Below are positions 37,203 to 50,400 of a DNA stretch of 64,000 nucleotides, piece by piece. The DNA comes from a virus (lineage: Duplodnaviria; Caudoviricetes): positions 1 through 64,000 of IMG/VR virus record IMGVR_UViG_3300033166_000001; one strand, given 5' to 3'. How positions within the stretch are numbered: position 1 is the first letter of the stretch; every line of letters starts with the position of its first letter. Both the position numbers and the translations under genes were made by a program. The notes beneath the pieces were generated by a model, which saw nothing but the letters and a program-made list of their open reading frames with translations, had not been told where the DNA came from and searched no databases.

Positions 37203-37218
37203 CTAAAGATAACTAGTT

Positions 37219-39432
37219 ATGGCACAAAGAAATAGGAGAACATCTAAGAAGAAACAACAACTTACCTATGAAGACATAAAAGACCTCTCTCCAGAGCAAC
37301 TGGAACAGATGGGTTTAGGTAGTTGGTTAAAGGATAATGCAGGTAATTTAGTTCAAACTGTAGGTGGTGTTGCACTGGGAGCTGCCGGTGTCCTTACTGC
37401 TAATCCTATGTTAATAGCAGGAGGAGCAGGAATGGTAGGTTCAGGTGTAGGAGGCTTTTCAGAAACAGCTGGGCAGAAAGAACAAATGGAACTACAAGAG
37501 CAACAAATTAAAGAACAAAATGCTTTAAGTACGGCTAATACAAATCTACAAAATAAACTAAATCAAAATCCTTTAGTAAATTATGTTCCTACAAGACGTA
37601 GAGGAGGGAAACTTCCTAAATACCAAGCAGGAAGTACTTTACCTATAGACTCTAAGGCTTATACCCCTCCAACAGAATCTGTTTCTAATAGTATGAGAAG
37701 ATTGAGAGGGGAGACTACAGAAGATATGGAAGCATATTTTGCAGATGATCCTAACGTAGCTTTACAGCATACCAGTTTTCCAGATCAAATATATCATTTA
37801 CGTAAAATTAATGACCCTTATAGTGAATATTATGGAGGGTATGAGGTAGGGTTTGACCTTAGAGCTAATGATGGTAGAGTTAATGCTCCTATTGAAAGAA
37901 TAAAAGCAGCTGATTGGGCTTCTTTTGTGGAAACACATAGAAAAAAATTTATAGGGCCGTACAGTAAATATTTAGATGTCCTTGAGCCTAAACAAATGGC
38001 TATGGGGGGTACTATTAATTATAGTGGACAAACACATGAAGGTCCTAATGGAGGAGTTCCTGTAGATGCTCAAGGTAATCCTAATGCTCAGAATCCTGTA
38101 GCTCTAGTAGAAAAAGGGGAAGTTAAATATGATACTGGAGAAGGAGATTATATATTCTCTGACCAACTAGAATTAAGGAAAGGTAAAACTTTCGCTAAGA
38201 AAGCTAAAGATATTCAGGCTAAATATAAAATGAGAATGTCTGAAGGAGTAATAACTGACCCTATAGCTAAGAAAGGTTACGATAAAGAAATGCAAGACCT
38301 TGTTAAAAAACAAGAAGAACTAAGAAGTATAGTAGCTCCACAAGAACAACCTATGATGAGGACTGGAGGGGGTTTACCTAAATATGATGGTGTAAGTTGG
38401 ACTCCCGGAAACACTTCTTTTTTAAATCCCGAATATAACTTTAATCCTAGAGCTTCTTTTAATACTTGGCAACCAGAAGAACTAGACTATAAAACTCTAA
38501 GGCAAAACTATTATAGAAGTAATTCTATGGTACCATCCCCTAATTCTGCAGAACTCAATCCTTATGATACAGATATAGATTTTGGTACTTTTGAAGAAGC
38601 TCCTTTAGCAAGACTTGGTAGAGATAATATGTTAATTCCAGATAGACTTACTCCTAGAGTAGCTTCTCTACCTTCTCCAGATATAATGCCTACTAGAGCA
38701 CAATCTAGAGCAGATTTTGACCAAATACTTTCTAAATCTCCAGCTAAAAATTTATATCAAGGACAGACCTGGACAGAAACTGGATTACAAATGATACCGG
38801 GTATTGCCAGTGGTATATCTAATATTGCTCTAGCTAGAAGTAGAAGAAGAGCTGCAGAGAATATGACTAAATTACAGGCTCCTCAAATAGTAGCACAACA
38901 AGTTAATTTAGAACCTGCCAGAGCTGGAATCAGAGAACAGGGTAATGTTGCTAGAGCCAATACCAGTAGAGGGCTTAGAGGGTCAAGTGCTACACCTGGA
39001 CAATATATGAGTAATATGATTGCAGCTGAGACAGGAATACAGAGAGGTGTAGGAGAAGGAATTAATCAACTTAATATACAAGAGCAAACTCAGAATGCAG
39101 CCTCTAGACAATCTGCAGATGCTTTTAATGCACAGATGCAGGCTAGAGCAGATGAAATAAATTATATGAAAGAACAACAAGCATTAGATGCTTATTACAA
39201 TCAGTTAGCAGGAGGTATAGGACAAATAGGACAGGGAATTACTGGAGCATTAAGTACTAAAGCTTCAAGTGCTCAGATGGCTAATATGATGCAAATGATG
39301 CAGCCTAACTATATGCTTACCACAACTCCTGGAACCGAAGTGGACCCCAATGCAAATAGACTTAGAAGAGGTTGGCAAAGATTTAGGGGGCAACTTGATT
39401 ATAATATAAATAAAACACCTAGAAACACTTAA
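37219..39432 (+). CDS. virion cargo/ejection protein 1
   Basis: Gly-rich hydrophobic segments, HEGPNGGV..VEKGEV..IFSD motif, repeated GG-LPKY; Q/N-rich. Confidence 0.75.
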   Translation: MAQRNRRTSKKKQQLTYEDIKDLSPEQLEQMGLGSWLKDNAGNLVQTVGGVALGAAGVLTANPMLIAGGAGMVGSGVGGFSETAGQKEQMELQEQQIKEQNALSTANTNLQNKLNQNPLVNYVPTRRRGGKLPKYQAGSTLPIDSKAYTPPTESVSNSMRRLRGETTEDMEAYFADDPNVALQHTSFPDQIYHLRKINDPYSEYYGGYEVGFDLRANDGRVNAPIERIKAADWASFVETHRKKFIGPYSKYLDVLEPKQMAMGGTINYSGQTHEGPNGGVPVDAQGNPNAQNPVALVEKGEVKYDTGEGDYIFSDQLELRKGKTFAKKAKDIQAKYKMRMSEGVITDPIAKKGYDKEMQDLVKKQEELRSIVAPQEQPMMRTGGGLPKYDGVSWTPGNTSFLNPEYNFNPRASFNTWQPEELDYKTLRQNYYRSNSMVPSPNSAELNPYDTDIDFGTFEEAPLARLGRDNMLIPDRLTPRVASLPSPDIMPTRAQSRADFDQILSKSPAKNLYQGQTWTETGLQMIPGIASGISNIALARSRRRAAENMTKLQAPQIVAQQVNLEPARAGIREQGNVARANTSRGLRGSSATPGQYMSNMIAAETGIQRGVGEGINQLNIQEQTQNAASRQSADAFNAQMQARADEINYMKEQQALDAYYNQLAGGIGQIGQGITGALSTKASSAQMANMMQMMQPNYMLTTTPGTEVDPNANRLRRGWQRFRGQLDYNINKTPRNT

Positions 39433-39434
39433 TA

Positions 39435-41441
39435 ATGGATAGAAGAAGATACCCTCGACAACAATATGTTCCACCAGGAATGGTAGACTTTGGTCAAATG
39501 GACTTTGGACACGATGTAGTAGCCCAGCAAATGCCTGGGATATTACAGAACTATCAACAAAGATGGGATATGCAGGATGCTGCTATTGCCAAGCTATTAG
39601 AAGAGCAAGCTGGTACTCAAATGCTAGAAGGAGATGCTCAAGCTGTAGGAAATCTTTTAAAAAGTAGTTTTGATGAAATAGATACTCTAGTTAAAGATAA
39701 ATACCAGGGAGATAGAGGAGCTGCTGCTATGGATATAGTAAAGAGATTATCAGCTGCTAGAGCTCCTTTAGCACAGGCTAGGGCAGAAAAAGAAAGATAC
39801 GATAAAGCTTTTGAACAGTACCAACAGTTAGCTACACAGGGTAAAGCTCCTAGAGGGAATTATGATCCTGTTACAGGAACTTTCCAAACATTAGGATTTA
39901 CAGATTTTTATAAGGATACTCAGAGAAGTGCTTTTGATGAAAAAGGTAGATATGTTCCTAGAGAATACCAACCATTAAGAGGAGCAGGACAACACTCTGA
40001 ATATATAGCTAAGAATTATAGTAAAGAATTACAGGATAGAATTATATCAAAAGTACCCCAATTAGCTAATATAGAAGGTATAGGGAATATGATTAAAAGT
40101 GGGCAACTTAGAGGTATTACAGATGAAGAGGTAAACAAACTATTCTTTAGTAATGGAGAACTTACAGATGAGGGTAGAGCCTATGTACAAGACTTTAAAG
40201 CTAATAGTACTTTTGCAGAACAAGAATTTGGGGAAGCTTTTAAAGATGATAAAGCTATAGGAGAATTTATAGCTAATACTGTTAAAGCCCAAACTGTAGG
40301 ATCTATAGTAGACAATTATTCACAGTATAGTTCTGGAGAAAGTACTGATGCAGACTTAAATTCTTACAGAACTTTTTCTGGGGTAGAGGTTACAGTACCA
40401 AAAGAAAACATGGCACAGGCAAAGGAGTTCATAAAAACTACTTCTTCTGGAGTAGGGGGAGGAATTGCTAGAGGACTTATCAAATCTGCTGTGCTTACAG
40501 CTGATCCTTTATATAGAAAAAAAGCTTCTTACAACGCTTTAGCAAAAGTGGCTACATCTTTGTTTATAAATCCAAATTCTATTATAGGAGCTTCACTCAA
40601 AGCTTTTCCAGAGGCTTATGCCGATCTAATGCTTAAAACAGTGGAAATAAATGAACTATATTCCGCTACAGGAGGCACTGAAGGTAGAGTAGAAAAAGGA
40701 ATAGAAAAACTTCAAGCTGAAGGAAACTCTGCACAACGTAATTTTGCTTCTTTAGCAGATATAGAAATGGATACAACTAACCCTGTAATACAGGCAAGTA
40801 GTCGAAGATATGCTCTTGCAGAAGATGCTCCAAAATATGTGAAAAGAGAACGGGCAAAAGATTATATTAAAGAATTTAGTACTATGTCAGTATCTCCTAA
40901 GATAAATGTGCGTTATAGCAATAAAAAGGATTTAGATCAACTGAAAGCAGAAGATGAATTCTGGTTTGGTAGAAATGCAAATGATGAACCTGTATTTAAA
41001 GCTTCTATGGCGAATAATGCTGTGTTTATTAAAGGAGAGTCTGGAGAACCCGTAGGTGGTGCAGCTTTTATTAATGAGGTTGAAGATAGGCCGGTCCAGG
41101 CATATGGTACATATAGTAATGATAATCCTTTCGGAGTAGGAGCCAAACAAGTTATAGTAGAAGGTAAAAACGGTCCGGATATATATGCGATGATTCCAAC
41201 AGAGGATCCTAATCCTATAGATTTAGTAGAATGGCAAATACACAATGTTAAATATTTACCAGAACAAGAGATAGAAATAGTTACTCCTTTTGGTAATAAT
41301 TTACAGATACGAAATATTTCTTCAGGGGATAAATTTTTAACTAATCCTGAGTACGAAGTAATAGTAGATGGAACCAGAGTTAACCAAACTTTTAGGTCTA
41401 CTGGAGATATTTTTATTAAGTATATGCAGGCCCTTCAATAA
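39435..41441 (+). CDS. virion cargo/ejection protein 2
   Basis: 668 aa, helical, between cargo 1 and vRNAP. Confidence 0.65.
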   Translation: MDRRRYPRQQYVPPGMVDFGQMDFGHDVVAQQMPGILQNYQQRWDMQDAAIAKLLEEQAGTQMLEGDAQAVGNLLKSSFDEIDTLVKDKYQGDRGAAAMDIVKRLSAARAPLAQARAEKERYDKAFEQYQQLATQGKAPRGNYDPVTGTFQTLGFTDFYKDTQRSAFDEKGRYVPREYQPLRGAGQHSEYIAKNYSKELQDRIISKVPQLANIEGIGNMIKSGQLRGITDEEVNKLFFSNGELTDEGRAYVQDFKANSTFAEQEFGEAFKDDKAIGEFIANTVKAQTVGSIVDNYSQYSSGESTDADLNSYRTFSGVEVTVPKENMAQAKEFIKTTSSGVGGGIARGLIKSAVLTADPLYRKKASYNALAKVATSLFINPNSIIGASLKAFPEAYADLMLKTVEINELYSATGGTEGRVEKGIEKLQAEGNSAQRNFASLADIEMDTTNPVIQASSRRYALAEDAPKYVKRERAKDYIKEFSTMSVSPKINVRYSNKKDLDQLKAEDEFWFGRNANDEPVFKASMANNAVFIKGESGEPVGGAAFINEVEDRPVQAYGTYSNDNPFGVGAKQVIVEGKNGPDIYAMIPTEDPNPIDLVEWQIHNVKYLPEQEIEIVTPFGNNLQIRNISSGDKFLTNPEYEVIVDGTRVNQTFRSTGDIFIKYMQALQ

Positions 41442-41455
41442 TTAAAACCCAAATT

Positions 41456-44400
41456 ATGTCTTTGAGAGAAAGTATAGCAAAAAAAATGGAACTACGGGAT
41501 AGTATAACTTCAAATATACAACATCCTACTAATATATCTATGGAGACTTTTAACACCCAAATAGATGCTCCAATATATGATTATAGACAAGAGGCTGTTA
41601 TCGGAGAACACCAACTTACTTCTAAATATGATAAAGGATTGTTGCCTGGAGTATCACAAGATTCCCACAGAGCTTCTAATCAAAAATGGTATGAACAAAC
41701 TGCTAATTTTATAGGACAGGCCGCTCTAGGAGAAATATTAGGGGGTACTATGATGTCTATAGGAGCTTTAGTTGAGGCTCCAGAGATGATATATAATTAT
41801 CTTACAGGGGAAAAGAATGACTGGGATAATGCCATATTCTCATTAGGTAAGAATATATCAGATTACTCTAGAGAGGCTATGCCTATATATCAAACAGGAG
41901 AAAGATTTGGAGATTGGGGCTGGTATATGCAAGGATTTACATCTGCTGTAAGTGCTGTTAGTATGATGGTGCCAGGAATGGCTGTAAGTAAAGGTATAGG
42001 TTGGGTAGCTAAGGCTATGAAACTAGCAGCTACTCCTTCTGCTATAGCTTCTACATTACTAGGAGCTGGAGCAATGAGGCATTCAGAAAACTTTAGAGAA
42101 GCCGCTGAATTATACCAAAATTTTCAACTAACTCCAGAAGAACAGGAAACACTTGTTAATAAGTATAAACCTGCTATGGAAGAGGAGATGATGGCAGCAG
42201 GTGTTATATTTGATCCTGAGAATCCTCAAGCAGCTACACAGGAAAATATTGCTAAACAGGAAGCTATAAGAACTAAATATGCAAAATTACTAGAAGAAGA
42301 TATAGAGGCAGCAAAGCAGATGGGTACAGCAATGGCCTACAATGCTAACTGGATTAACTATGGTTTTGATGTACTACAACTAGGGGCTGTACTAAGACCT
42401 CTTAAGGCTCTTACTAGAGGAGGCACTATTGGTAGTAAAGTAGCGGCTGCACATGATGCTACAGTTACAGGAACTAAATTACTACCTAAATCTTGGGCAG
42501 GTAGAGTAGGCCGGAGAATTTGGGATCCTGCAAAAGTAGGGTTACGTGAATGGACTGAAGGTGTAGAAGAATTAATAAATACTATATCTGCTATAGAGGG
42601 AGAAAGAGCGGCAAGAATAGAACTTGGGGTAGAGAATGACGATGGGTCTACTATTACAGATAGGGTATTAGGATACTTAGGAGAAGAAGAAGTACAAGAT
42701 GCCTTTATATGGGGTATGCTTGGAGGAGTAATATTCAAAGGTGCTTCTAGAGCTATAGGTATGGATGCTGGAGCCTCTATAAATAATAGAAAACTAGCGG
42801 AAATAGCTAATAGAAGTGAACATCTTAAAGCATATAATGCTAATATATCAGCTATAAGAAATGGTGAAAAGCTTGCTGATATGGAGGGTAATGTTATTGC
42901 TGATTACTCTAAACTAACCCCTAAAGAAAAAATAAGAGAAGAAGAATTAGTTATAGAAAGAATGGGTTTTGATAAAGGGCTTAGAAGTTCTCAAGCTGGT
43001 ACTATGGATATAGATGTCCAGTGGGCTAGAGATCCTAAAACTGCTAAGACTTTTATAGATATGGGTATGGCTGATGAAACTAATGTATCTGAAAAGATAA
43101 ATAAGTTTGTGCAGCAGATGGAGAATGCTGAAAGGATTTACCAAAAGCATTATATGAACCTATTTGAGTCCCCAATAACTCAAACAGCTAAATCTATACT
43201 TACTCAACAGAATGTAGCCTTAGACCAACAATTACAACAAAATCAATCAGAGTTACAAAGATTGCAAACAGACTATAATAAGATATTAGCTTCTGATCCT
43301 TTCCTAGTTCAGAATGCTGATAATCCAGATGTAATGAATAGTATAAAACTATTGGCATTACAGATGGCTGAGGTAAGTTTAAAGGAGACTAAAACTATTA
43401 ACAAGGGAAGTGAATTTATTACCAAAGCTATAGATGAATCTTTAGCCAGTATAGCAGAGGTAAAGAAGCAGTACACTACAACTAAACCTGTAAGTCTAGG
43501 TAATATCAATATGGAGCTTGTAAAGAACTTGGCTAAAACACAAGTACTAACAGCTTATAATGAAGGTATTAACAATGAACTTATCAGAAGGGCTGATAAA
43601 AAGAATATTGCCAAAGAAGCAGCTAAGATAGATAAAGAGGTAGAGCTACAAAGAGAGGCTGTAAATAAAAGGGCCCAAGAACTAGAAGAGAAAGAAACTC
43701 TAGAGCAAGAAAAGACTTTAAAAGACTTAGGCTATACTAAAGCTCAGATAGATAGAATGCCTACTAAAAAGAGGCAAGAGATTATAGAGCAAGCTAAAGT
43801 AGAAGAACAAACCACTCTTTCTACAAAATCAACTTCCCCGTCAACTTCCCCAGCTGTTACAAGGGAAGTAGATTGGAATAACCTAATAGTAAATGCTGTT
43901 AATGAAAGAGAACTAGATGCTATTATAGATCAGATGACAGAAGCAGGTATAGAGCCTGATTTTGCTACTATTAATAAAAGAAGGGAAGAACTGACTCCTA
44001 AAGATAATAAGAAAGAAAAGATTGCTGATATTGAAAGAAGAAGGCAGGAAGAATTAAGCAGAGAAACTCCCATAAAAAATGAAATGGTAAAAGTAGATAC
44101 TGGAGATGGAGTTTTAACATTTAAAGTTATAACTTACAAAGATGGTTCAACAAGAATAAAAGGTTTTACTGAATCTGGGGAAACATCTTTAGCTGGATTT
44201 AAAAGAATTAATAATTATCCAACGATTGAAGATTTTCAAGATTATCTAAAATACGATTTTGAGGAAAATGCTAATGGTATAATAGAAACAAAAACTGTAA
44301 AAGATAATTATACAGATAAACAATCTCTTGAAACAAAAGCTGCTAAAGAAAAAACAATCAACGCTAAATACGATGCAGAACTAGCTGCTTTAGAACAAGA

Positions 44401-47400
44401 ACAAGTTACAGAAGATTCTGGATTAGAACCAGATAATACAGATTTAATGACCCTTCTAAATCTTCCTACAGATATAGAAACATTTGAAGATGGTAATACC
44501 CCTCCTCTGTCAGATAAGGATATAGAAGATATTGAGAATAGTATTAATGAGGAGATGGAAAGTATTACTCCTCAGATGAAGAGGGTAAATGCTATAGGTA
44601 TTATAAACCTTGTAAGAAGGCATAAACAAACTTCTACAGGAGAGAAGTTTAGTACTACAGATGAGGTATTAAATCCTGAAGCTCTTTTACTATCCAGCTG
44701 GAAGTATTTTAATCCTGGAGATGAAGTTATTGTTTCTGTAGATACTGAATATAATGGTGAAGTAAATACCTATACAGATGGTAGACAGAGATTAACTAAG
44801 GATGGAGAAGCTATAACAGAGAGAAAAACTTATGGACAACTTAAAGCTGATCCAGATAATCTTCCTATAAAAGTAGAATTAAAAAGAGGAGATGTAACTA
44901 CAAAGGTAGGGTATTTTCCAACAACATATTGGGTAGGAGAAAAAAATGCAGATGGTTCTTATGTTAACATAGCAGATGAAATGGCTATGGAAGGCAATGG
45001 AGATGTTCAAGTAGAACAAATGCAGCAATTAAGGAGAGAAATAGCTGCTGTAGAACACGGTACTAAATTATCTTTTAAAGTTACTAATTCTACTCCTGGT
45101 AGCCTATTCCTTACCTCTAAAAGAGTTAATGGTATTAGAGAGAAGAATCCTATTAGTACTAATATGCCTACATTCCTAGAGTTACCTATATGGGCTAATA
45201 CTCCAGGTGTAGCTCCTTTTACAGTATTTAACAAAGGGTTTATGATTAACAAGGATGTAAGATTCCCTGCTAACATGACCGTAGTAAAACCTGAGAATGT
45301 AGATGAGGTATTCCCTCCAGGTACAATTGTAATGATGGTTCCTTCTGCTAATGCTGGGGTATTTATTCCTAGACCAGTTAAACTAAATAGAATACCAACT
45401 CCTGTGGCCCAAGGTATAGCAGAAGTTATTAAAGGATATATGACTAAGAATGCTGAGGTAGCAGGTAAAGTATTTAAGACTGACCAAAGCATTGAAGGAT
45501 TAAAAGCTTTAAAAGATTATTTAGAGCAGTTTATGTATTTTAGTCCTGTAGAGGATGTAAGAAAAAATACTTCTGTATTTGCTAAGGTAGGCTTTGATAT
45601 GGAAACTGGTACCCTAATAGTAGCTAGTTCTATTAAACACGCAGAAGTACAACTAAATAGATTTAGAGAGAAAGATTTTAGTGACCCTAAAGTACAAGAA
45701 GAATTTGATAAGCAGGTTACTCCTTTAGTAGAAGCTCTGACAAAGTTACATATCACTGTTAGAACTACCATGATAAATAGTCAGGATAAATTCTTTATAC
45801 CTAGATTAACTAAGGATGGAGCACTTGACTTTACAGAGTCCACTTTCAATGAATATCTTTCAGATAACCTTCTTACAGATGTACTAGAGAAAACTACAGA
45901 TGAAGGAGAGGCTGTATATGCAGTACAGCCTGTAGTAGAGATTAAATGGGATAAGGAAGATAAACTAGATCCTAAACCTAAAGAGCCTGTACAACAAACT
46001 CCAGATACTCCTGTAATACCTACTATAGATTTAAGTGGGCTAGATGTATCTGATATTGTTGGAGAAGGAGATTTTGCTATAGGACTTGGTCCTAATCCTA
46101 CTATGTCTCAATTAAAGACTAAGTTAAAGGGTAATGGTGTATTAAGTAATGCAGGTGTAAAAAGATTTGCAGCTAAACTAGCAAAATATAATAAAGAAAA
46201 TGGTACTTCGCATCAGTATAAGGCTATACCTATAGGAGAGAGTGCTAGCTATAAAATAGAGTTAACTCTTTCAAATATGCCTGTTAATCAATGGGCTAAA
46301 GAACAAAGGGATGCCATTAAGAAGGATGATTTTGGACTAACTGTTGGAGATTATGCTATAGGAGTTCCACAAGCAAATAAAATATCAGAACTAGCTTATA
46401 GTTACTTAGTTAGTGATGGAGAATATACCTTTACAGCTGAGAAACAACAGGCTATTACTTCTACTATTACTAACTCAGTATTTGCTAAGTTACTAGAAGC
46501 TGAAGAGGTAGGAGAACAGATTACTGTTAGAGAAGCTTTTGATTCTGCTAAGAAACAATTTACTAATCTTTTAAAGGGTCTTAATAAGGTAAATACTGTA
46601 GCTACTCTTGAAAACTTTAAAGATATTAAACCTCAACTACAATCACAAGGTTGGGGATTTATACAGTCCTATGAACATTTACAGTTTCTTATAGAAGAAA
46701 TTAGTAGGGTTACTAAAGACGATGTATTTAGACAGTTTACTTTACAAGTGCAGGATAATCTTAGAAAGCTAGATATTACTGCTAGAGAGGAAGAAACTAG
46801 TTTAGATGCAGAGGGTAATGAAACTACTCTAGAAAGAACTTGGGAAGATGGGGCATATCTTAAAATGTTTGCTAAGGATAGTGCTGTACGTAAGGTTAAA
46901 CTAGCTTTAGGTAAGATTAGAGATACTAAATTGAACTATCTAGGATTACCTGCCTATGTTCCTTTTGATACTGTATTTGATGATATAATGAGTATTTTAA
47001 GTAGTAAGCCTATAAGCAATACTATTGAACAAAACAGTAGAGTTCTTAGGGATATAGCCCTTAACAATCCATATAAAGCATATTTATCACAAGTAGCAGA
47101 TTTACTAGATAATCCAGATGTAACCCAGTCCCTTAAGAATAACTTCCAGTCTGTTATTATGAGAAATAATAATGACTTTGTATTCTTAATCTGGAATAAA
47201 GGGGATAAAGGTTGGACTTTTAAACCTATGGATGCTAATAGGAATAATGTAGTCAGTAGAATAGTAGATAGTTGGAATGAAAACTTTGTTAGGAGCCCTT
47301 TAGTTAAAGAGGTTAATGGGGAGAAAGTTCTAGATAAGCAGGCTGTAAAAGATAAAGGATATACTATAGAGGATGTTAAAAACTTAGATACTTTAGAAAA

Positions 47401-50400
47401 GAAGAAAGCTTTTACTGAAAGATTGTTCCTAGACCTTGGTTTAGGTATAGATCCATCAGCTTTAGAAAAACTATTTAATTCTCTAAATTTAGTTAAAGAT
47501 TTTGGTAAAGGATTCCCAGGAGGATTTGGTGCCCAGTTTGGTTTTACCGCTAAAAATGAACCTAATGGACTAATATCATCATTAGTGCATGCTCTTAATA
47601 TAGAACAGGCTGTAGAAGAGGGAGATAGCCTATTTGAAGTTAACAATCCTTTTGTAGGTAAGAATAGTGAAAGAGCTGCTAAGTATCTTGCGGGTATAGC
47701 TGCTAACTATAGTGAACTTATATTCTCAGACTCTCATAGAAATATTAATGGGGATACCGTTAATAATTATGCTTTTTATACCCCTGAGACTTTAAGAATA
47801 AAGGCTATACATAATCCAGAGGTTAGAGCTAGATTAAGAACTCAGGCTATTACCCACAATTCTTTCTTTCTAAGAGAACTAGATAGAGGAAAGGAAATTA
47901 AGTACCATTTAGAAGATGGTATGAGACAGGAAGGCAGATCTGATAGTGGTGTAGGTAGAGGAAAAATGTCTTCTAGAGAACAAAGGTTACTAGCTATAGG
48001 GCTATTCCAACAGATAAACCCTCAATATGTAGGGCTTACCCACTCAGATAAATCTCTTACACCTATAGTATCTGCACCTAAACTAGGACTAAGTATAAGT
48101 TCAGAGTACATAACTGTAGTAGATGGTATACCACAAATATCTGTAGAAGCTTTACCTAATAGAGTTAGAACAGAAATACAAGAGCTTATTATAGCTGAGA
48201 GAAATAGGATTAGAGAAATAGGAGATAAGATTAGAGAGCTTGGTGAAGAGGTTGCTAAAAGAGAATTAGGAGAACAATACTTTGAAGGTTCCCAATATTT
48301 CTACTTCTTTCCAGAATTAAATAATATAGTTAGAGAAAATGGAGTAGTAAGTCTAGCGCAACTAAATAATTTAGATGCTTTAGTAGACAGTGCTATGAGT
48401 ACTATGGTCGATACTATCAATGATACTATCAAGGAGTGGTATGAGGATGGTACTATTTACCAAGATAAAAAAGTCTGGAAAACTAGATTTAATCAAGCTT
48501 ATATTAACAGTACCCCTAAATATACAAATCTCCCATTTGAAGCTATGGTTGCACATGCAGCTGTAGATATGGATATAAACTATGCCATCTTCAATGCTAA
48601 TATGATGAGTGTAGTACAGGGAGATCCTGCACAGACCTTTAAGAAAAGTAAGAAGAAAGGTGCTACAGCTATAGACCATGTAGAGACTACTTTAGAAGAA
48701 TATCAAAAGAGAGAGGCTAAAGATATGGCTCCTGGTGCTTTAGGGTACTGGGGATGGAGTACTAATGTTGGAGGTAATATGTATAAGGCTCCCAGTAATT
48801 ATGGAGTAGCCTATATTAATGATGTTACCTATGGGACTTTAATGGATGGGTATTTAAGTACTTTAGAAGCCTATACAGGTAAACTGGATAGAACAGATGC
48901 TCAAGAACTAACCACAGTAGAAGAACATATAGATGTTATGTTCTCTTATGGTAAGATACCCGATAATATCTATCAAAGTGTTAAAGCTAAAATACTAGCC
49001 AATAAAGGAGGAAAGTATAAACTTACTCCAGAAGAGAAAAGGTTTGTACTTCAGCCTATGAAACCTGTACAGATAGTTAGAACTTGGAATCCTACATTTG
49101 GTGTAGAGGAAACTCATTATATTAAATCTTCTAGTTTTCCTCTTCTACCAGAACTAGTAGCAGGTACAGATTTAGATGTTATTAGAAAGGCTATGGAGAC
49201 CAGTACCTCTAATGGTAATAGAGGAGTACAAAGATTAGCCTATAAAACAGCTGTTAAAGTTGGCCATAAGAGATTAAACACATTATTTGATAGTAAGGGT
49301 GTAGTTAATAAAACTGTAGAATTTACAGATGATGATATAGTAGTCCTTGATAGAGAAGGGTTCTTTATTCAGCAAGAGGTTCCTTACAAGGAAGGAGACC
49401 ATAGGATTGTTACAGGTAGTCAGATGAATAAGCTTCTGTTCCAAGGATTAGGGGATAACTTTACTTTTAACTTTCAGGATAAGGAATATACTACAAAACA
49501 ACTAAAAGCTATTAAAGAAAGTGTAAGAGTAGAACTCTTTAAAATGTCTGAGCGTGAAATACATAATAAGCTTGGCATGGAGTTAGTAGATGGTATTCCT
49601 ACTTTTATAAATCTTGCAGCTCTTAGAGAGTCTTTAATAGATGAAGCTAAAAAAAGAGGTTGGGGGCTAAATGATATAGATGCTCTTAGAATAGTTGATG
49701 GTGCTGTAGTAATACCATTTGCTTTTAATAATAGTGCTCCTAGAATAGAATCTATGATACTATCCATATTCAATGGAATAATAAAGCAGAAAATGAATGG
49801 TAAATCTCTAGTACAAGGTACAGATGTAGGATTAAGACAGACTAGAGAATTTAATGAGGATATAGATACTATTGGAGGAGAAAATGGTATAGTGCTTATA
49901 AGGGATGGTAATGGGAAATTACTATTTGATAAGCAGAAAGGATTACAATATTCAGATATTTCTAAAGACGGAGTAAAACTTGCTCAGGTATTTATGCCTT
50001 GGAAATATGAAGGAGAACTAAAGAACTTTATTAATGATAAAGGAGAATTAGATACCTCTAAAATAGACCCAGAACTTCTTAAGCAGATAGGATTTAGGAT
50101 ACCCACACAGGGGCATTCATCTATGTTAATGATACAGGTAGTAGGATTTTTACCTAAAGAGATGGGAGACTTAGTACTAGTTCCTGGAGAGATTACTAAA
50201 CAGATGGGTTCTGACTTTGATGTGGATAAGCTATTCAACTATATCTATAATGCAATACTATCAGATGAAGGAAAACTTATTAGAGTACCTAATGAAAAAG
50301 TAGTTAAAGTAGATGAAGAGGGTAATGTTGAGGTAGACAGAAAAGAATTAAGGCTTTGGATTAAACAGACCTATAATACTAGGTATAAGAATGGCTGGGC

